Positions 1 to 8,230 of a stretch of 54,429 nt of DNA are shown in pieces. Location: the IMG/VR virus record IMGVR_UViG_3300009788_000023, positions 1-54,429 of that record. One strand, given 5' to 3'. The position numbers were made by a program, and so were the translations under genes. Each line of letters starts with the position of its first letter. Position 1 is the stretch's first letter. The notes under the pieces are model-generated. The model worked only from the letters and a program-made list of their open reading frames with translations, was not told the DNA's origin and did not search any database. Source of the stretch: a virus (taxonomy: Duplodnaviria; Caudoviricetes).

Positions 1-123
1 CATGAAAGCCTGTCGGATCTGCTTGAGATTGCGTTTCCCATTCATTAACAATCCCTGCCGCGGTTATTGCTGAATGTGTATTAAGCTGAGAGGCATCAAT
101 TCGGGTAGAATCGTCAACGACGG
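1..123. repeat. Terminal direct repeat (circular assembly overlap), copy 1
   Basis: Identical to 54307-54429; reading frame is continuous across the junction. Confidence 0.95.
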
Positions 124-835
124 AATCTCGTATCTGGTCGGTAGCGTCTGAGCCCTCTATAGTGAGGCAGTCGGATTCGGTCTGCCACTTGTCGTTTGCA
201 ACGCTGTAATTTGTGGCAAAATCGGTGTCGAAAACAATCTCCGCATTATTCGCTGCCGTCGCACTACTGCTTATTCTCAGTACATCCACTTGCCAAACAT
301 TACTGCCGTAGTTCGTCGCAAAGTCCGTATCGAACACAACTTCAAGATTGTTGGCCGCGGTTGTATTGCCACTAATAGATAAACAGTCGGACTCGACTTG
401 CCATTTATCATTAGCAGCACTGTAGTTAGTCGCAAAATCAGTATCAAATACGACCTCGACGTTATTTGCCGCCGTTGTGCTACCGCTAACCTGGACGGCA
501 TTGGCGTCCACTATGGCGTTCGAGATAGCAAGAGTGTTGATAGCCGGTGCAGTAGTCCAAACAGCGCCCGGGACGCCGATTACTTGTATATCCCCAGTCG
601 AACTCTCGGGCATTATCAATAAATAGTCGCCGTTTGTTTCGCCTTGGTCTAAATCAAAAACATAATAACCATCTTCGAGTTCAGTTGGATTTGTGTCGGT
701 TATGTTTCCCCCGCCCGCCGCACCATCAATGCTTATCTCGGCCGTTATCTGGCCCGCATCGCCGGCCTTAGCAGTATTATCAGTCTCGTCAAACGCAAAG
801 ACTACCCATTTTTGGCTTGCGACGTTCTTTTGCAT
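1..835 (-). CDS. 5' part of a 438-aa putative virion protein spanning the junction (continues 54306..53825)
   Basis: ATG at 835 overlaps upstream TAA (TAATG); open frame MQKNVASQKWVVFAFDETD... to base 1, joining in frame to ORF 53825..54220; three TAANNxExVFDTDFATNY repeats. Confidence 0.85.
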   Translation of the reverse strand, partial: MQKNVASQKWVVFAFDETDNTAKAGDAGQITAEISIDGAAGGGNITDTNPTELEDGYYVFDLDQGETNGDYLLIMPESSTGDIQVIGVPGAVWTTAPAINTLAISNAIVDANAVQVSGSTTAANNVEVVFDTDFATNYSAANDKWQVESDCLSISGNTTAANNLEVVFDTDFATNYGSNVWQVDVLRISSSATAANNAEIVFDTDFATNYSVANDKWQTESDCLTIEGSDATDQIRDSVVDDSTRIDASQLNTHSAITAAGIVNEWETQSQADPTGFH

Positions 836-2403
836 TATGCAACGCCTCTTAGGAAATTATAATAATAGTGCGGTGAAAATATGCCTGACGGCGGAGCAAC
901 CACAACCGCTTCATTCGTAAGAAGTTCATCGTAATCCCATTGACGGTATGCTTCCTGGTATAATTGCAAAAACTCGTTTGGCGTTAAAATACGATTGTAT
1001 ATTGCCGCTTGGTTTATCTCGCCGGAAAGCGGCCAGAATGTTGAGTCGTGTATGCAGCCTAAAGAAAGCTGGTTCATGCCTGTCGGTGATGCTGCTGCTA
1101 CTGATGTATCATCAGGTATAAGTTCTATACCATCCCTGAAAACACGATATTCATTAGCGATAGTATCCCATGATACCCCAAGATGATGAAGTAAACCATC
1201 ATCCATAAGTTTACCATTTTCTACCCAAACTGCCTCTCCGGGCGGAGCGGCAGCACCATCACTAATTACAAGGTCCATCACATCTAAAGGCTGACTATCT
1301 ACTCTGGACGCTAATATTATTCTGTTTACATTTGTGCCATCGTGCAAGCAGAAGTAAGCACCGCCCTCAGTTGGAGCCTGCGGCGGGTCGCCACCAGTAA
1401 AAAAATCCTTTACCCAAATCGACGCAGAGCCTTTAACGCCTATATCTGTCAAGTTTGCTTTTACCGTATTCTGGATACCTGTGACACCATCTAATAAGAG
1501 GCAAGGGCCGAGTTTGTTCTTTGACCATATCGTACCGCTTACCCCGAATGGTAACTTATCGTCGTTAATACCATCGGTAATATCACTACCCGTAGTCGCA
1601 TTTATCGGGAAGTTCTGAACTAAGTTATTATTGAGAGAAATGTCAGGATTAGGTTTCAGACCGAGCATAGGCTTCTGATTGCCATGCCTGAAACGATGCG
1701 GGACTATTATAGACGCAGGAGCAAGTGCAGGTAGGAATATAGATACATCTTCTTCGTCAAGGATGAATCTGAACGGTTCTCGGTTGAGGTCGGATATTTC
1801 GCTTGAGGTTAAGGCTCTGTTGTAAAGATAGACATAGCCCATCTTGCCTTTATAATCTTCCGCTGTATTATTAGAGCCTATATATTCTGCTGTAAAGGCT
1901 GTATCAGCGGCGAACGTATCTGTTCCGTCAGATACTCCATTCAAGAAATATTCTATTGCCCTTTTGTTTCTTACGAAAGCAACTTGGCTCCATGTATCGT
2001 GAGGTATAACAGTGTCACTAAAATGGTCGCCGTTAAGAAAATATGTTAATTTATCGGAACCTTCGTGATAGTATAAGCCGTGTATATTGCTCTCACCAAC
2101 TATCACTCCATAGGCGTCCATCGTTACTGGGCATATATCAACTACAATAGTGAATACTTCACCTAAGCTCACTGATATATCTACATAATCAGCAACACCG
2201 CCAAATTCTAAGGCTGGGCCATGCCTACCTGCTACCCAGCTAACATCACTTACAAACGGCCCTGTATTCCCATTACCACTCAAGTCCTGAACGATAGAGC
2301 CTGTGGTCTCGTTAAACAGCCAAATAGCGGCGTTGGGAGCGAGAGAATCTTCCCAGTCTACCCCGAAACCGAGCATAGGTTTTTGATTAGGTGGTCGAGA
2401 CAT
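835..2403 (-). CDS. Double LamG/concanavalin A-like domain virion protein (fibre or receptor-binding candidate)
   Basis: WLFNETTGS..DLSGNGNTG and YNRALTSSEI / YNRILTPNE LamG signatures, twice. Confidence 0.8.
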   Translation of the reverse strand: MSRPPNQKPMLGFGVDWEDSLAPNAAIWLFNETTGSIVQDLSGNGNTGPFVSDVSWVAGRHGPALEFGGVADYVDISVSLGEVFTIVVDICPVTMDAYGVIVGESNIHGLYYHEGSDKLTYFLNGDHFSDTVIPHDTWSQVAFVRNKRAIEYFLNGVSDGTDTFAADTAFTAEYIGSNNTAEDYKGKMGYVYLYNRALTSSEISDLNREPFRFILDEEDVSIFLPALAPASIIVPHRFRHGNQKPMLGLKPNPDISLNNNLVQNFPINATTGSDITDGINDDKLPFGVSGTIWSKNKLGPCLLLDGVTGIQNTVKANLTDIGVKGSASIWVKDFFTGGDPPQAPTEGGAYFCLHDGTNVNRIILASRVDSQPLDVMDLVISDGAAAPPGEAVWVENGKLMDDGLLHHLGVSWDTIANEYRVFRDGIELIPDDTSVAAASPTGMNQLSLGCIHDSTFWPLSGEINQAAIYNRILTPNEFLQLYQEAYRQWDYDELLTNEAVVVAPPSGIFSPHYYYNFLRGVA

Positions 2404-3035
2404 TAGTCACCGGAATTAGATACTTGGTAAACTATCTCGCTATCAGCGGCTACGGTATTCTCTATGAACTTGTACTTACCATCATTGTCCTGATTATTCG
2501 TTACAGGGTCAGTAATCGCAAGGACAGTCTCACCGGCAGGTTCGGTAGCAGCAAAAGCAGTAGATATGGCCGTGCCGATAGGGCCAATCCAACGAGGGCC
2601 ATCTGACCATGAACCCTCGACTCCAGCCTCAGAGCCGTACTGAACTATAATCTCAGTCCCTGTATGAGCAGTTGTGCTCGACAGAGCAATAAAGATATGC
2701 AGTGTCGAACTCTGAGAAGCACTGACATCAATAGTGCCAGATTCAAGGACTGCGTTCTGTGCTATTTCCTGCCATGCAAGAACCTCTGTATTCTCTGTTT
2801 TGGTAACACCGGCAATATCAGTCACTTTAGTCAATCTCGCCATTATAAACACAGTCGAACCGTCAGAGTCATAGGTATTATTAAATGTAATATTAGCCTG
2901 TGATACTGATAGCGGAACGTGAATAGGAAACTTTCCTACGCACTCCGTTATCGCATGGTCTATATCATACATAATAGACGTTGTTTGGTCTTGCTCGTGG
3001 TCAAGACCAGCTTTAATTGTTACTGTATCGGCCAT
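2403..3035 (-). CDS. Putative structural protein
   Basis: 210-aa Thr/Ala/Ser-rich ORF coupled to neighbours. Confidence 0.6.
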   Translation of the reverse strand: MADTVTIKAGLDHEQDQTTSIMYDIDHAITECVGKFPIHVPLSVSQANITFNNTYDSDGSTVFIMARLTKVTDIAGVTKTENTEVLAWQEIAQNAVLESGTIDVSASQSSTLHIFIALSSTTAHTGTEIIVQYGSEAGVEGSWSDGPRWIGPIGTAISTAFAATEPAGETVLAITDPVTNNQDNDGKYKFIENTVAADSEIVYQVSNSGD

Positions 3036-3379
3036 TATATTGCCCCAAACTCAGAATCTAATTTTGTTTTCAAAATGCCCGCCCTATCAGTTATATGTTT
3101 ATCTACTAATAGGCTCTGCTCATTCAGATAAGCAGCAACCACCTCCTTCGCCTCTTTCTCAAGAAAGGCATCTATCACAGCATCTTGTTTGTCGGGGTCG
3201 GCTGATGCAGCAGAACGAGAATAATCGTGCTTGAGGTCTTTCTCGAAAACAGGGTCATCGGCATCTGGGTCTTGTGCCTTAGTCCAGACTTTAACCGTCC
3301 ATGTCATATCGAGAAGTTTACCAGCAAATATTCTGCCCCTGTCCTTTGCCTTTTTTTCAATAATTCTAAATTGCATCAT
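3035..3379 (-). CDS. Hypothetical protein
   Basis: AGGAG RBS; overlapping start/stop coupling. Confidence 0.65.
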   Translation of the reverse strand: MMQFRIIEKKAKDRGRIFAGKLLDMTWTVKVWTKAQDPDADDPVFEKDLKHDYSRSAASADPDKQDAVIDAFLEKEAKEVVAAYLNEQSLLVDKHITDRAGILKTKLDSEFGAI

Positions 3380-3702
3380 TTACTCCTTTTGCGCTTAGAC
3401 CTTCGGCGCTTTTTCTTGGTTTTGGGTGGTTCGGGAGCTTCGTCCGGCTCCGGAGAAAGGATCTGATAAAATGCGAAATCGCAATGCCAGCATTTAGCGG
3501 CGATAGAATTGGAAAAAACCGTGCAATCGAAGGCGGAATCGTTGATTACAGGTAATGGTTGGCCGGATGGGCCGATACCGAAGTGTTTGCCGTAGAACCC
3601 CCGCTTCGCTCCACAGCAACCGCAAGTGAAGTGCTCTTTGCTCTCTGCAATACGGGCAGGTTCGCCCCAGCTTATCGTGCCGGTGTCCTTTTTAACGGCC
3701 AA
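3376..3702 (-). CDS. Zinc-binding protein with basic tail
   Basis: CxxC...CxxC and KTKKKRRRSKRKRSK tail; TTG start uncertain. Confidence 0.6.
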   Translation of the reverse strand: MAVKKDTGTISWGEPARIAESKEHFTCGCCGAKRGFYGKHFGIGPSGQPLPVINDSAFDCTVFSNSIAAKCWHCDFAFYQILSPEPDEAPEPPKTKKKRRRSKRKRSK

Positions 3703-3726
3703 ACATGGTTTCCTTTCCTTTTCTCA

Positions 3727-3767
3727 AGTGTAATGATTCGTTACAAAAAAGTGTAACGAAACGTTAC
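3727..3767. promoter_or_regulatory. Two tandem imperfect palindromes, operator-like
   Basis: AGTGTAATGATTCGTTAC and AGTGTAACGAAACGTTAC, 23-bp period, intergenic. Confidence 0.5.
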
Positions 3768-3798
3768 GTTCCTTTTGTAAGGTAAGGAAGTATGGAAC

Positions 3799-4053
3799 TT
3801 AGAACCGCCTTTTTGGCTGAGAATCGCGTTCTTCGTTAAAACGAACGGTTAATTTGAAGTGCATTTGCTTCGGAGCTATGTTCGGCCAAATCTTTCGTAG
3901 TTTTTGGAGTAACTTGAGTACGGCACTTGGGCTAATCTGCATCCTGTTCGCAACCTCTTGTATTGGCAAACGGTATGCGTATCGGTACACAAAGGCGGTC
4001 AACTGTCTCTGTGTGGGGTATTTTATGTGATTTTTGCAGATAGGGCATTTCAA
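3799..4053 (-). CDS. Sigma-70 region 4-like HTH protein (possible late regulator)
   Basis: PIQEVANRMQISPSAVLKLL HTH, N-terminal CxxC; last gene before the structural block. Confidence 0.6.
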   Translation of the reverse strand: MKCPICKNHIKYPTQRQLTAFVYRYAYRLPIQEVANRMQISPSAVLKLLQKLRKIWPNIAPKQMHFKLTVRFNEERDSQPKRRF

Positions 4054-4832
4054 TTGGCTTTATTCTCCGCATTCTCGTATTCGGCGATTTTGGCTTGGAG
4101 TTGCTTGATTTCTGCCTCTGCTTTTCTAAGTCTATTAACACACATAGCGTCAGAGTCTCGCCATGCTTTTTCTCTTTTCTCTGCCTCATCTGCCCGATTG
4201 GTCTCGGCTTCGAGCTTGGCTTGTAATTCAAGACTCTTTTCTACATGAGCAGTGATATATTTCTGCCCTGTCTCATTTCTCTTAATCTCATCTTCGAGGC
4301 GGTCGCAGGCTTTAGCTAAAAAATGCCATGTAGTAGCCCATTCCTTTTCTTTCGCTGTTGATAGGTGAAATCTTGCGTTCTTCACAAACTCACTCGTAGC
4401 AGGCTCTTGGCTTCTTAATCCACGACATTCCCTAATCTGAACGCAATTTTCGCAATCTTTATCATCGTCAGGATGCACTAACCAACATTCCTCGAAATCT
4501 TCAGCTGTTTTGCATCTTCCATCCGCAGGCTCAAGGGGCTTCTTGTTGTAAGCCGATACCTTCTCGGTATCCTCTTGGCTCTCTGGCTTGTCTGTGTGTG
4601 CCATCATAATCGCTGTATCTGAATCTGCCATCGCTTGGTCACATTCAGCTTGAGTAGGGTCGCAGGGCTTGAGCAGGGCTTGTTTGACATCCTTTATCAA
4701 GGCAGGAATGTGAGAATATTCAGCATTTTTTGGTGTGCCGTCCGACCATGATAAACTATCCCAATGGTATAGAGCATATAGATTATTCCATACCTTTTTC
4801 AGTAATTCGATTGCTTTTTGGTTATCTGTCAT
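4050..4832 (-). CDS. Hypothetical protein with C-terminal coiled coil
   Basis: ORF track; start reassigned to MTDNQK with AGGAG RBS. Confidence 0.7.
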   Translation of the reverse strand: MTDNQKAIELLKKVWNNLYALYHWDSLSWSDGTPKNAEYSHIPALIKDVKQALLKPCDPTQAECDQAMADSDTAIMMAHTDKPESQEDTEKVSAYNKKPLEPADGRCKTAEDFEECWLVHPDDDKDCENCVQIRECRGLRSQEPATSEFVKNARFHLSTAKEKEWATTWHFLAKACDRLEDEIKRNETGQKYITAHVEKSLELQAKLEAETNRADEAEKREKAWRDSDAMCVNRLRKAEAEIKQLQAKIAEYENAENKAN

Positions 4833-5146
4833 TTTGTCTCCTTTGCTATTAAGGCTGCGATTATCCAGTGGATGGGCTTGGCATAGTACAACCAAAAATC
4901 ATCTTCACTAACCCAACGCCAGTTTTTATGTTGGTCAAATGTTTTCCATACCAAATTCATTGCTTTTCGCGATTCTGGGATACGGGGGGTAATCGCTTCA
5001 TCCCTCAGCCTGAAGGCGAGGTCAGCAAAGGAATCGAATTGATAATCTTCGGGATGCTCAGTTAAAGGATAATAGTTTTCTCTTAACCATATCCATTGCT
5101 CATCCTCGATATGAGCGAGGATGGCGAGTAGTTTGTCGTTAGTCAT
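4829..5146 (-). CDS. Hypothetical phage protein
   Basis: AGGAG RBS; ATGA overlap with next gene. Confidence 0.7.
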   Translation of the reverse strand: MTNDKLLAILAHIEDEQWIWLRENYYPLTEHPEDYQFDSFADLAFRLRDEAITPRIPESRKAMNLVWKTFDQHKNWRWVSEDDFWLYYAKPIHWIIAALIAKETK

Positions 5147-5276
5147 GCTCTATTCTCCTAATCCTTTTGGGATAATAATATCCGCATTTGGGGCATGGTT
5201 TTGCAATCATCGCTCTTTTGCCTTTCCAGCCACACTTGCATTTTACGGGGTATTTGGGTACCCAATTTCTACCCAT
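5139..5276 (-). CDS. Small zinc-ribbon protein (45 aa)
   Basis: Manual translation MGRNWVPKYPVKCKCGW...CPKCGYYYP; AGGAG RBS; below ORF-track cutoff. Confidence 0.6.
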   Translation of the reverse strand: MGRNWVPKYPVKCKCGWKGKRAMIAKPCPKCGYYYPKRIRRIEHD

Positions 5277-5281
5277 ATCAT

Positions 5282-5464
5282 CTATCTCCTAATCGAATTT
5301 CTGCTTACACACTCTCGCTGGCCATTGTCTGTAAACTGTATAAGACAACTATTCATCCGGCCTCTGGCAAGTACTATGCAAGTCCGTCCCTTCATTGTCT
5401 TTCGTTTTGAGTTGTTGCCCCAACGGTATTTGTAGAGCTTTGTGAGTACCGTTGGTTTAGCCAT
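5282..5464 (-). CDS. Small basic hypothetical protein
   Basis: AAGGA RBS; fills the operon gap. Confidence 0.6.
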   Translation of the reverse strand: MAKPTVLTKLYKYRWGNNSKRKTMKGRTCIVLARGRMNSCLIQFTDNGQRECVSRNSIRR

Positions 5465-5467
5465 CGC

Positions 5468-5956
5468 TCATCCTTTCAAAGTTTCTGCTGCGGTTATAGC
5501 TACTGCAAGAGCACTCCAAACGTCCTTAGAGACTCCATACAACGGCCCGGGCTGGGCTTTGGTCCCGATCTGCGGAGTCTTTCCCCCGCCCGTAGCTGGA
5601 TACCTGTCGATTATCGCCTGCCTGACATTGCCATCCTTGGCCCTTGTATTGTGGCAAAGGTGCATTTTAACGTCCATGCGGTAGATTTTCTTCCATTTTC
5701 TATCATCACGACCTGCCCATGCCTGAATAAATCTCCCTATCCAGACGCAGGTTTCAAACACTGTTTTGCCGACGGCCATGCCATAAGATGCTATCATTTC
5801 AATTGCGAAGAAATCGACCGTTGCATGAGTTAGTGTTAACTTAAAAGCTAAGTCTTCGTTATCTACTATACCCTTAGCGGTAATCTTCTTTGTTTCTGAG
5901 TTATAAGTGACAAAGGCCGACTTCTCGCTTCCTGGGTCAATCGCCAGTATTATCAT
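5468..5956 (-). CDS. RuvC-like Holliday junction resolvase
   Basis: ILAIDPG, AIEM and DVWSALAVA RNase H-fold acidic motifs. Confidence 0.75.
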   Translation of the reverse strand: MIILAIDPGSEKSAFVTYNSETKKITAKGIVDNEDLAFKLTLTHATVDFFAIEMIASYGMAVGKTVFETCVWIGRFIQAWAGRDDRKWKKIYRMDVKMHLCHNTRAKDGNVRQAIIDRYPATGGGKTPQIGTKAQPGPLYGVSKDVWSALAVAITAAETLKG

Positions 5957-6402
5957 AACAGACTCCCTTCTTTCATATTCCATAATTGCCTAACTATCAG
6001 TTTCCGGCCGTACAGTTCCGAGCACAATTTGCGCATCCTCTGCGATTCAACCTCAAGTTCCTGGACAGGCCACGGTTTTTTCCCGCCGGCAGGGCTGAAG
6101 CTGAGTACATAAGCGATATCCTCGGGATCGAAAAGCTCGTAATCCGGAATCGGGTCTTTCTTCTCGGTTGTCTTGAATACTTTTTTAATACTAAACCACC
6201 GCAAAATCTTATTAATAGGCGGCTGCTTGTAATTGATGGTCTGCTCACAGAACCACTCATTCAGGGCTTCTTTGGCTTTGTGGTAGTCGTATCGCTTGAG
6301 TTTGCGGCTCCAGAGGCCGTACTGGGCGTCCGTAGGCTCCCAGCCCTGCCACAAGCCTTGCAGTTGCGAAGATATGAAGTTTTGGGCTTCGATTTCAGTC
6401 AT
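5953..6402 (-). CDS. Putative helicase loader/inhibitor-like protein
   Basis: MT..E...W...L..YDY..A..AL..W pattern; lies downstream of initiator-like gene. Confidence 0.45.
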   Translation of the reverse strand: MTEIEAQNFISSQLQGLWQGWEPTDAQYGLWSRKLKRYDYHKAKEALNEWFCEQTINYKQPPINKILRWFSIKKVFKTTEKKDPIPDYELFDPEDIAYVLSFSPAGGKKPWPVQELEVESQRMRKLCSELYGRKLIVRQLWNMKEGSLL

Positions 6403-6601
6403 TTATAAAACCATCTATTTTCTTGCAAACTTGCTCACATTCTTTACATTGGCGGCAATGATGGCTCGTATCGCATGTTTCATCTGTGCAATGACCAATT
6501 ACGTTAGAAAAGATGTTTTCTGCGTTCAATAATAATCCTATGGCTTCACGAAAATCTTCTGTGGAACTCTCCATGGTTGCCTCAAATGTTGACTTACTCA
6601 T
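6395..6601 (-). CDS. Small Cys-rich hypothetical protein
   Basis: Start reassigned to MSKSTF with AGGGG RBS. Confidence 0.55.
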   Translation of the reverse strand: MSKSTFEATMESSTEDFREAIGLLLNAENIFSNVIGHCTDETCDTSHHCRQCKECEQVCKKIDGFIND

Positions 6602-6951
6602 AATTCCCCTTTCGCCTTCAGCCGTTCGTGCTTCTCGGCCATGGTTTCCTTGTACGTCAGTTCGTCGTCCCAGCGGCCTTGGTTCAGCCATGTGGACGGG
6701 TTCGGGATGTATTTCTTGTCTTTCCATTCCTCTGATTTTAACTGTTTTTTGAGCGCCTCTAACATTATTAAAGCTAAATTAACCTTTGAATTGATTTTAA
6801 TATAGCATTTTTTTGCATATCCCTTACCGACCTTTTTGGGATACAGCTTCCAGAACACTTTGAATGATACAGCAAGTAGCTTTTTCTTGCTCACTTCTGG
6901 CTGAAAGAATTTTAAGAAGGTCTGGGTCATTAAGGCATAAGCTTTCCACAA
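6598..6951 (-). CDS. Phage replication initiator C-terminal-like domain protein
   Basis: FWKLYPKKVGK and YIPNPSTWLNQGRWDDE motifs; start uncertain. Confidence 0.7.
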   Translation of the reverse strand: MWKAYALMTQTFLKFFQPEVSKKKLLAVSFKVFWKLYPKKVGKGYAKKCYIKINSKVNLALIMLEALKKQLKSEEWKDKKYIPNPSTWLNQGRWDDELTYKETMAEKHERLKAKGEL

Positions 6952-7253
6952 TGCGGACAGGATTCTACTGGAATCTCTTCTGTGATTAGAATTAAATCAC
7001 TTGGGTTGAAATTGAACACTTTTTGTATCATGCCGCCTTCAAAAACCCTCGGTGTATCAAACTCAAGAATGATTCCGAGATATCCTCCGTTATTACGGAT
7101 AACTTTCCCCGTCTCTCCATAGAAAAAATGAAAATCTTGGCACGGGGTTATTACTTTTGCTTTTGCGCCGACAGGGAAATCCCCATGTTTGTTTTTCTCT
7201 GTTTTGTGCTGTTTTTTTAGTTCTTTCGACAATTCTAACATGCTTTTGCTCAT
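6930..7253 (-). CDS. Hypothetical protein (SH3/KOW-like beta domain, C-terminal CPHCG)
   Basis: ORF track; GAAGG RBS. Confidence 0.6.
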   Translation of the reverse strand: MSKSMLELSKELKKQHKTEKNKHGDFPVGAKAKVITPCQDFHFFYGETGKVIRNNGGYLGIILEFDTPRVFEGGMIQKVFNFNPSDLILITEEIPVESCPHCGKLMP

Positions 7254-7363
7254 TTTTACCTTCTTTCTTTTAAGACCGAGTTCCTACGCATATTAACAAT
7301 GCGCTACCAACACCTACGATATTCTCCTTGGCTATCCATAGCCCTTGCTTATGCGTTGCGGGC

Positions 7364-7423
7364 GGACCCGGGTACTGCATTACGGTACCGTCTCGGGATA
7401 GGTCCTCGTCGATAGCTGAGACG
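7364..7423 (-). ncRNA. Putative pseudoknotted RNA element
   Basis: Stem CGTCTC/GAGACG; loop GGACCT pairs with downstream GGGTCC; intervening GGTAC/GTACC hairpin. Confidence 0.35.
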
Positions 7424-7501
7424 CTTTATCCATCCTTGGAAGTAAAAAAGGAAGGCCGAAAAAGCTTTGTGTATCATAACGGAGTAGGAGTTGCAAAAAG
7501 G

Positions 7502-7621
7502 TGCAGGCAGGCAGTTGGTACTGCGATTCATATGGCAAGCACTACAAGTTTGACCGCGGATTATTCTGACATTGGTGAAATCACCAAAACTACGAATCCG
7601 GTTCCTGCGCCGCTGCCTGCA
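7502..7621 (-). ncRNA. Putative multibranch structured RNA
   Basis: Closing stem GCAGGCAG/CTGCCTGC; inner CGGATT/AATCCG and TTGGTG/CACCAA stems. Confidence 0.4.
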
Positions 7622-7724
7622 TAAATTATCTTGAAAAGTTCGGGGACTGGCCATAATCGTGCGCCAACACAAGCCAATCCCCATGTCACGGAAATGACAT
7701 AAATTGTCTGAAAAATTAGGTGCC

Positions 7725-7811
7725 TGGCGGGCAGAAGTTGCATCTACGACCTGTGGGTATGCCTTGCGGCAGTGACCCACCGCTCTAACTATCGCATCTG
7801 AGCTACCGCCA
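7725..7811 (-). ncRNA. tRNA-like RNA lacking an anticodon loop
   Basis: TGGCGG TA GCTC AGATGCGATAGTTA GAGC G GTGGGT CAC TGCC-GCAA-GGCA T ACCCAC AGGTC GTAGA TGCAACT TCTGC CCGCCA folds as a cloverleaf. Confidence 0.65.
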
Positions 7812-7812
7812 T

Positions 7813-7894
7813 AAAAAAAGCCCTGTGAAGAATACTGGTCAGAGAATTCCACAGAGCCTTTATAAGCACCTAATTGTATTTGACCAGTATCCAT
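7813..7894 (-). promoter_or_regulatory. Leader/attenuator element A
   Basis: ATACTGGTCA (7881-7890) complementary to terminator loop TGACCAGTAT (7832-7841); stem GGCTCTGTG/CACAGGGCT + T-run. Confidence 0.6.
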
Positions 7895-7902
7895 AAGAAA
7901 CA

Positions 7903-7931
7903 ACTATATCAACCTTCCTCACATTTGTCAA
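7903..7931 (-). promoter_or_regulatory. Sigma-70-type promoter
   Basis: TTGACA-17-TATAGT. Confidence 0.8.
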
Positions 7932-7943
7932 TATAAAAATAAA

Positions 7944-8213
7944 TTATTTCTGAGATTCATTGAGTTCGTTAAAAGCAGTACATAATCTCATAAAGATATG
8001 TTGCACATTTCGGGGGTGCTCTAATTGCTCAAGGCCCCATTTTTCTTGGTCGGCCTTATCTATTAGCATGTCAAGAGTAGTCTCTATGCCACAAAGCTCC
8101 TGTTCCCGCAGGCGTTTATTCTCGGCTCCCAAGTGGTTTATGAGCTTAACGACGTGCTTATCCATATTGTCTGGATTGTGGAATTTCCAGAAGTTTTCGA
8201 ATTGCTCAGACAT
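7944..8213 (-). CDS. Hypothetical protein
   Basis: GAGG RBS; ORF track. Confidence 0.65.
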   Translation of the reverse strand: MSEQFENFWKFHNPDNMDKHVVKLINHLGAENKRLREQELCGIETTLDMLIDKADQEKWGLEQLEHPRNVQHIFMRLCTAFNELNESQK

Positions 8214-8230
8214 TTTCTTTCCTCTTTCCT

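Noticed and set aside
7725-7811. Intron-containing or normal tRNA
   Set aside because: No excision I could find restores a canonical U33-containing 7-nt loop, and the D and T loops are non-canonical
7349-7903. 184-aa ORF as a real protein
   Set aside because: It crosses a terminator, the tRNA mimic and other stems, and has no RBS or motifs; only its first codons are kept as a possible leader peptide
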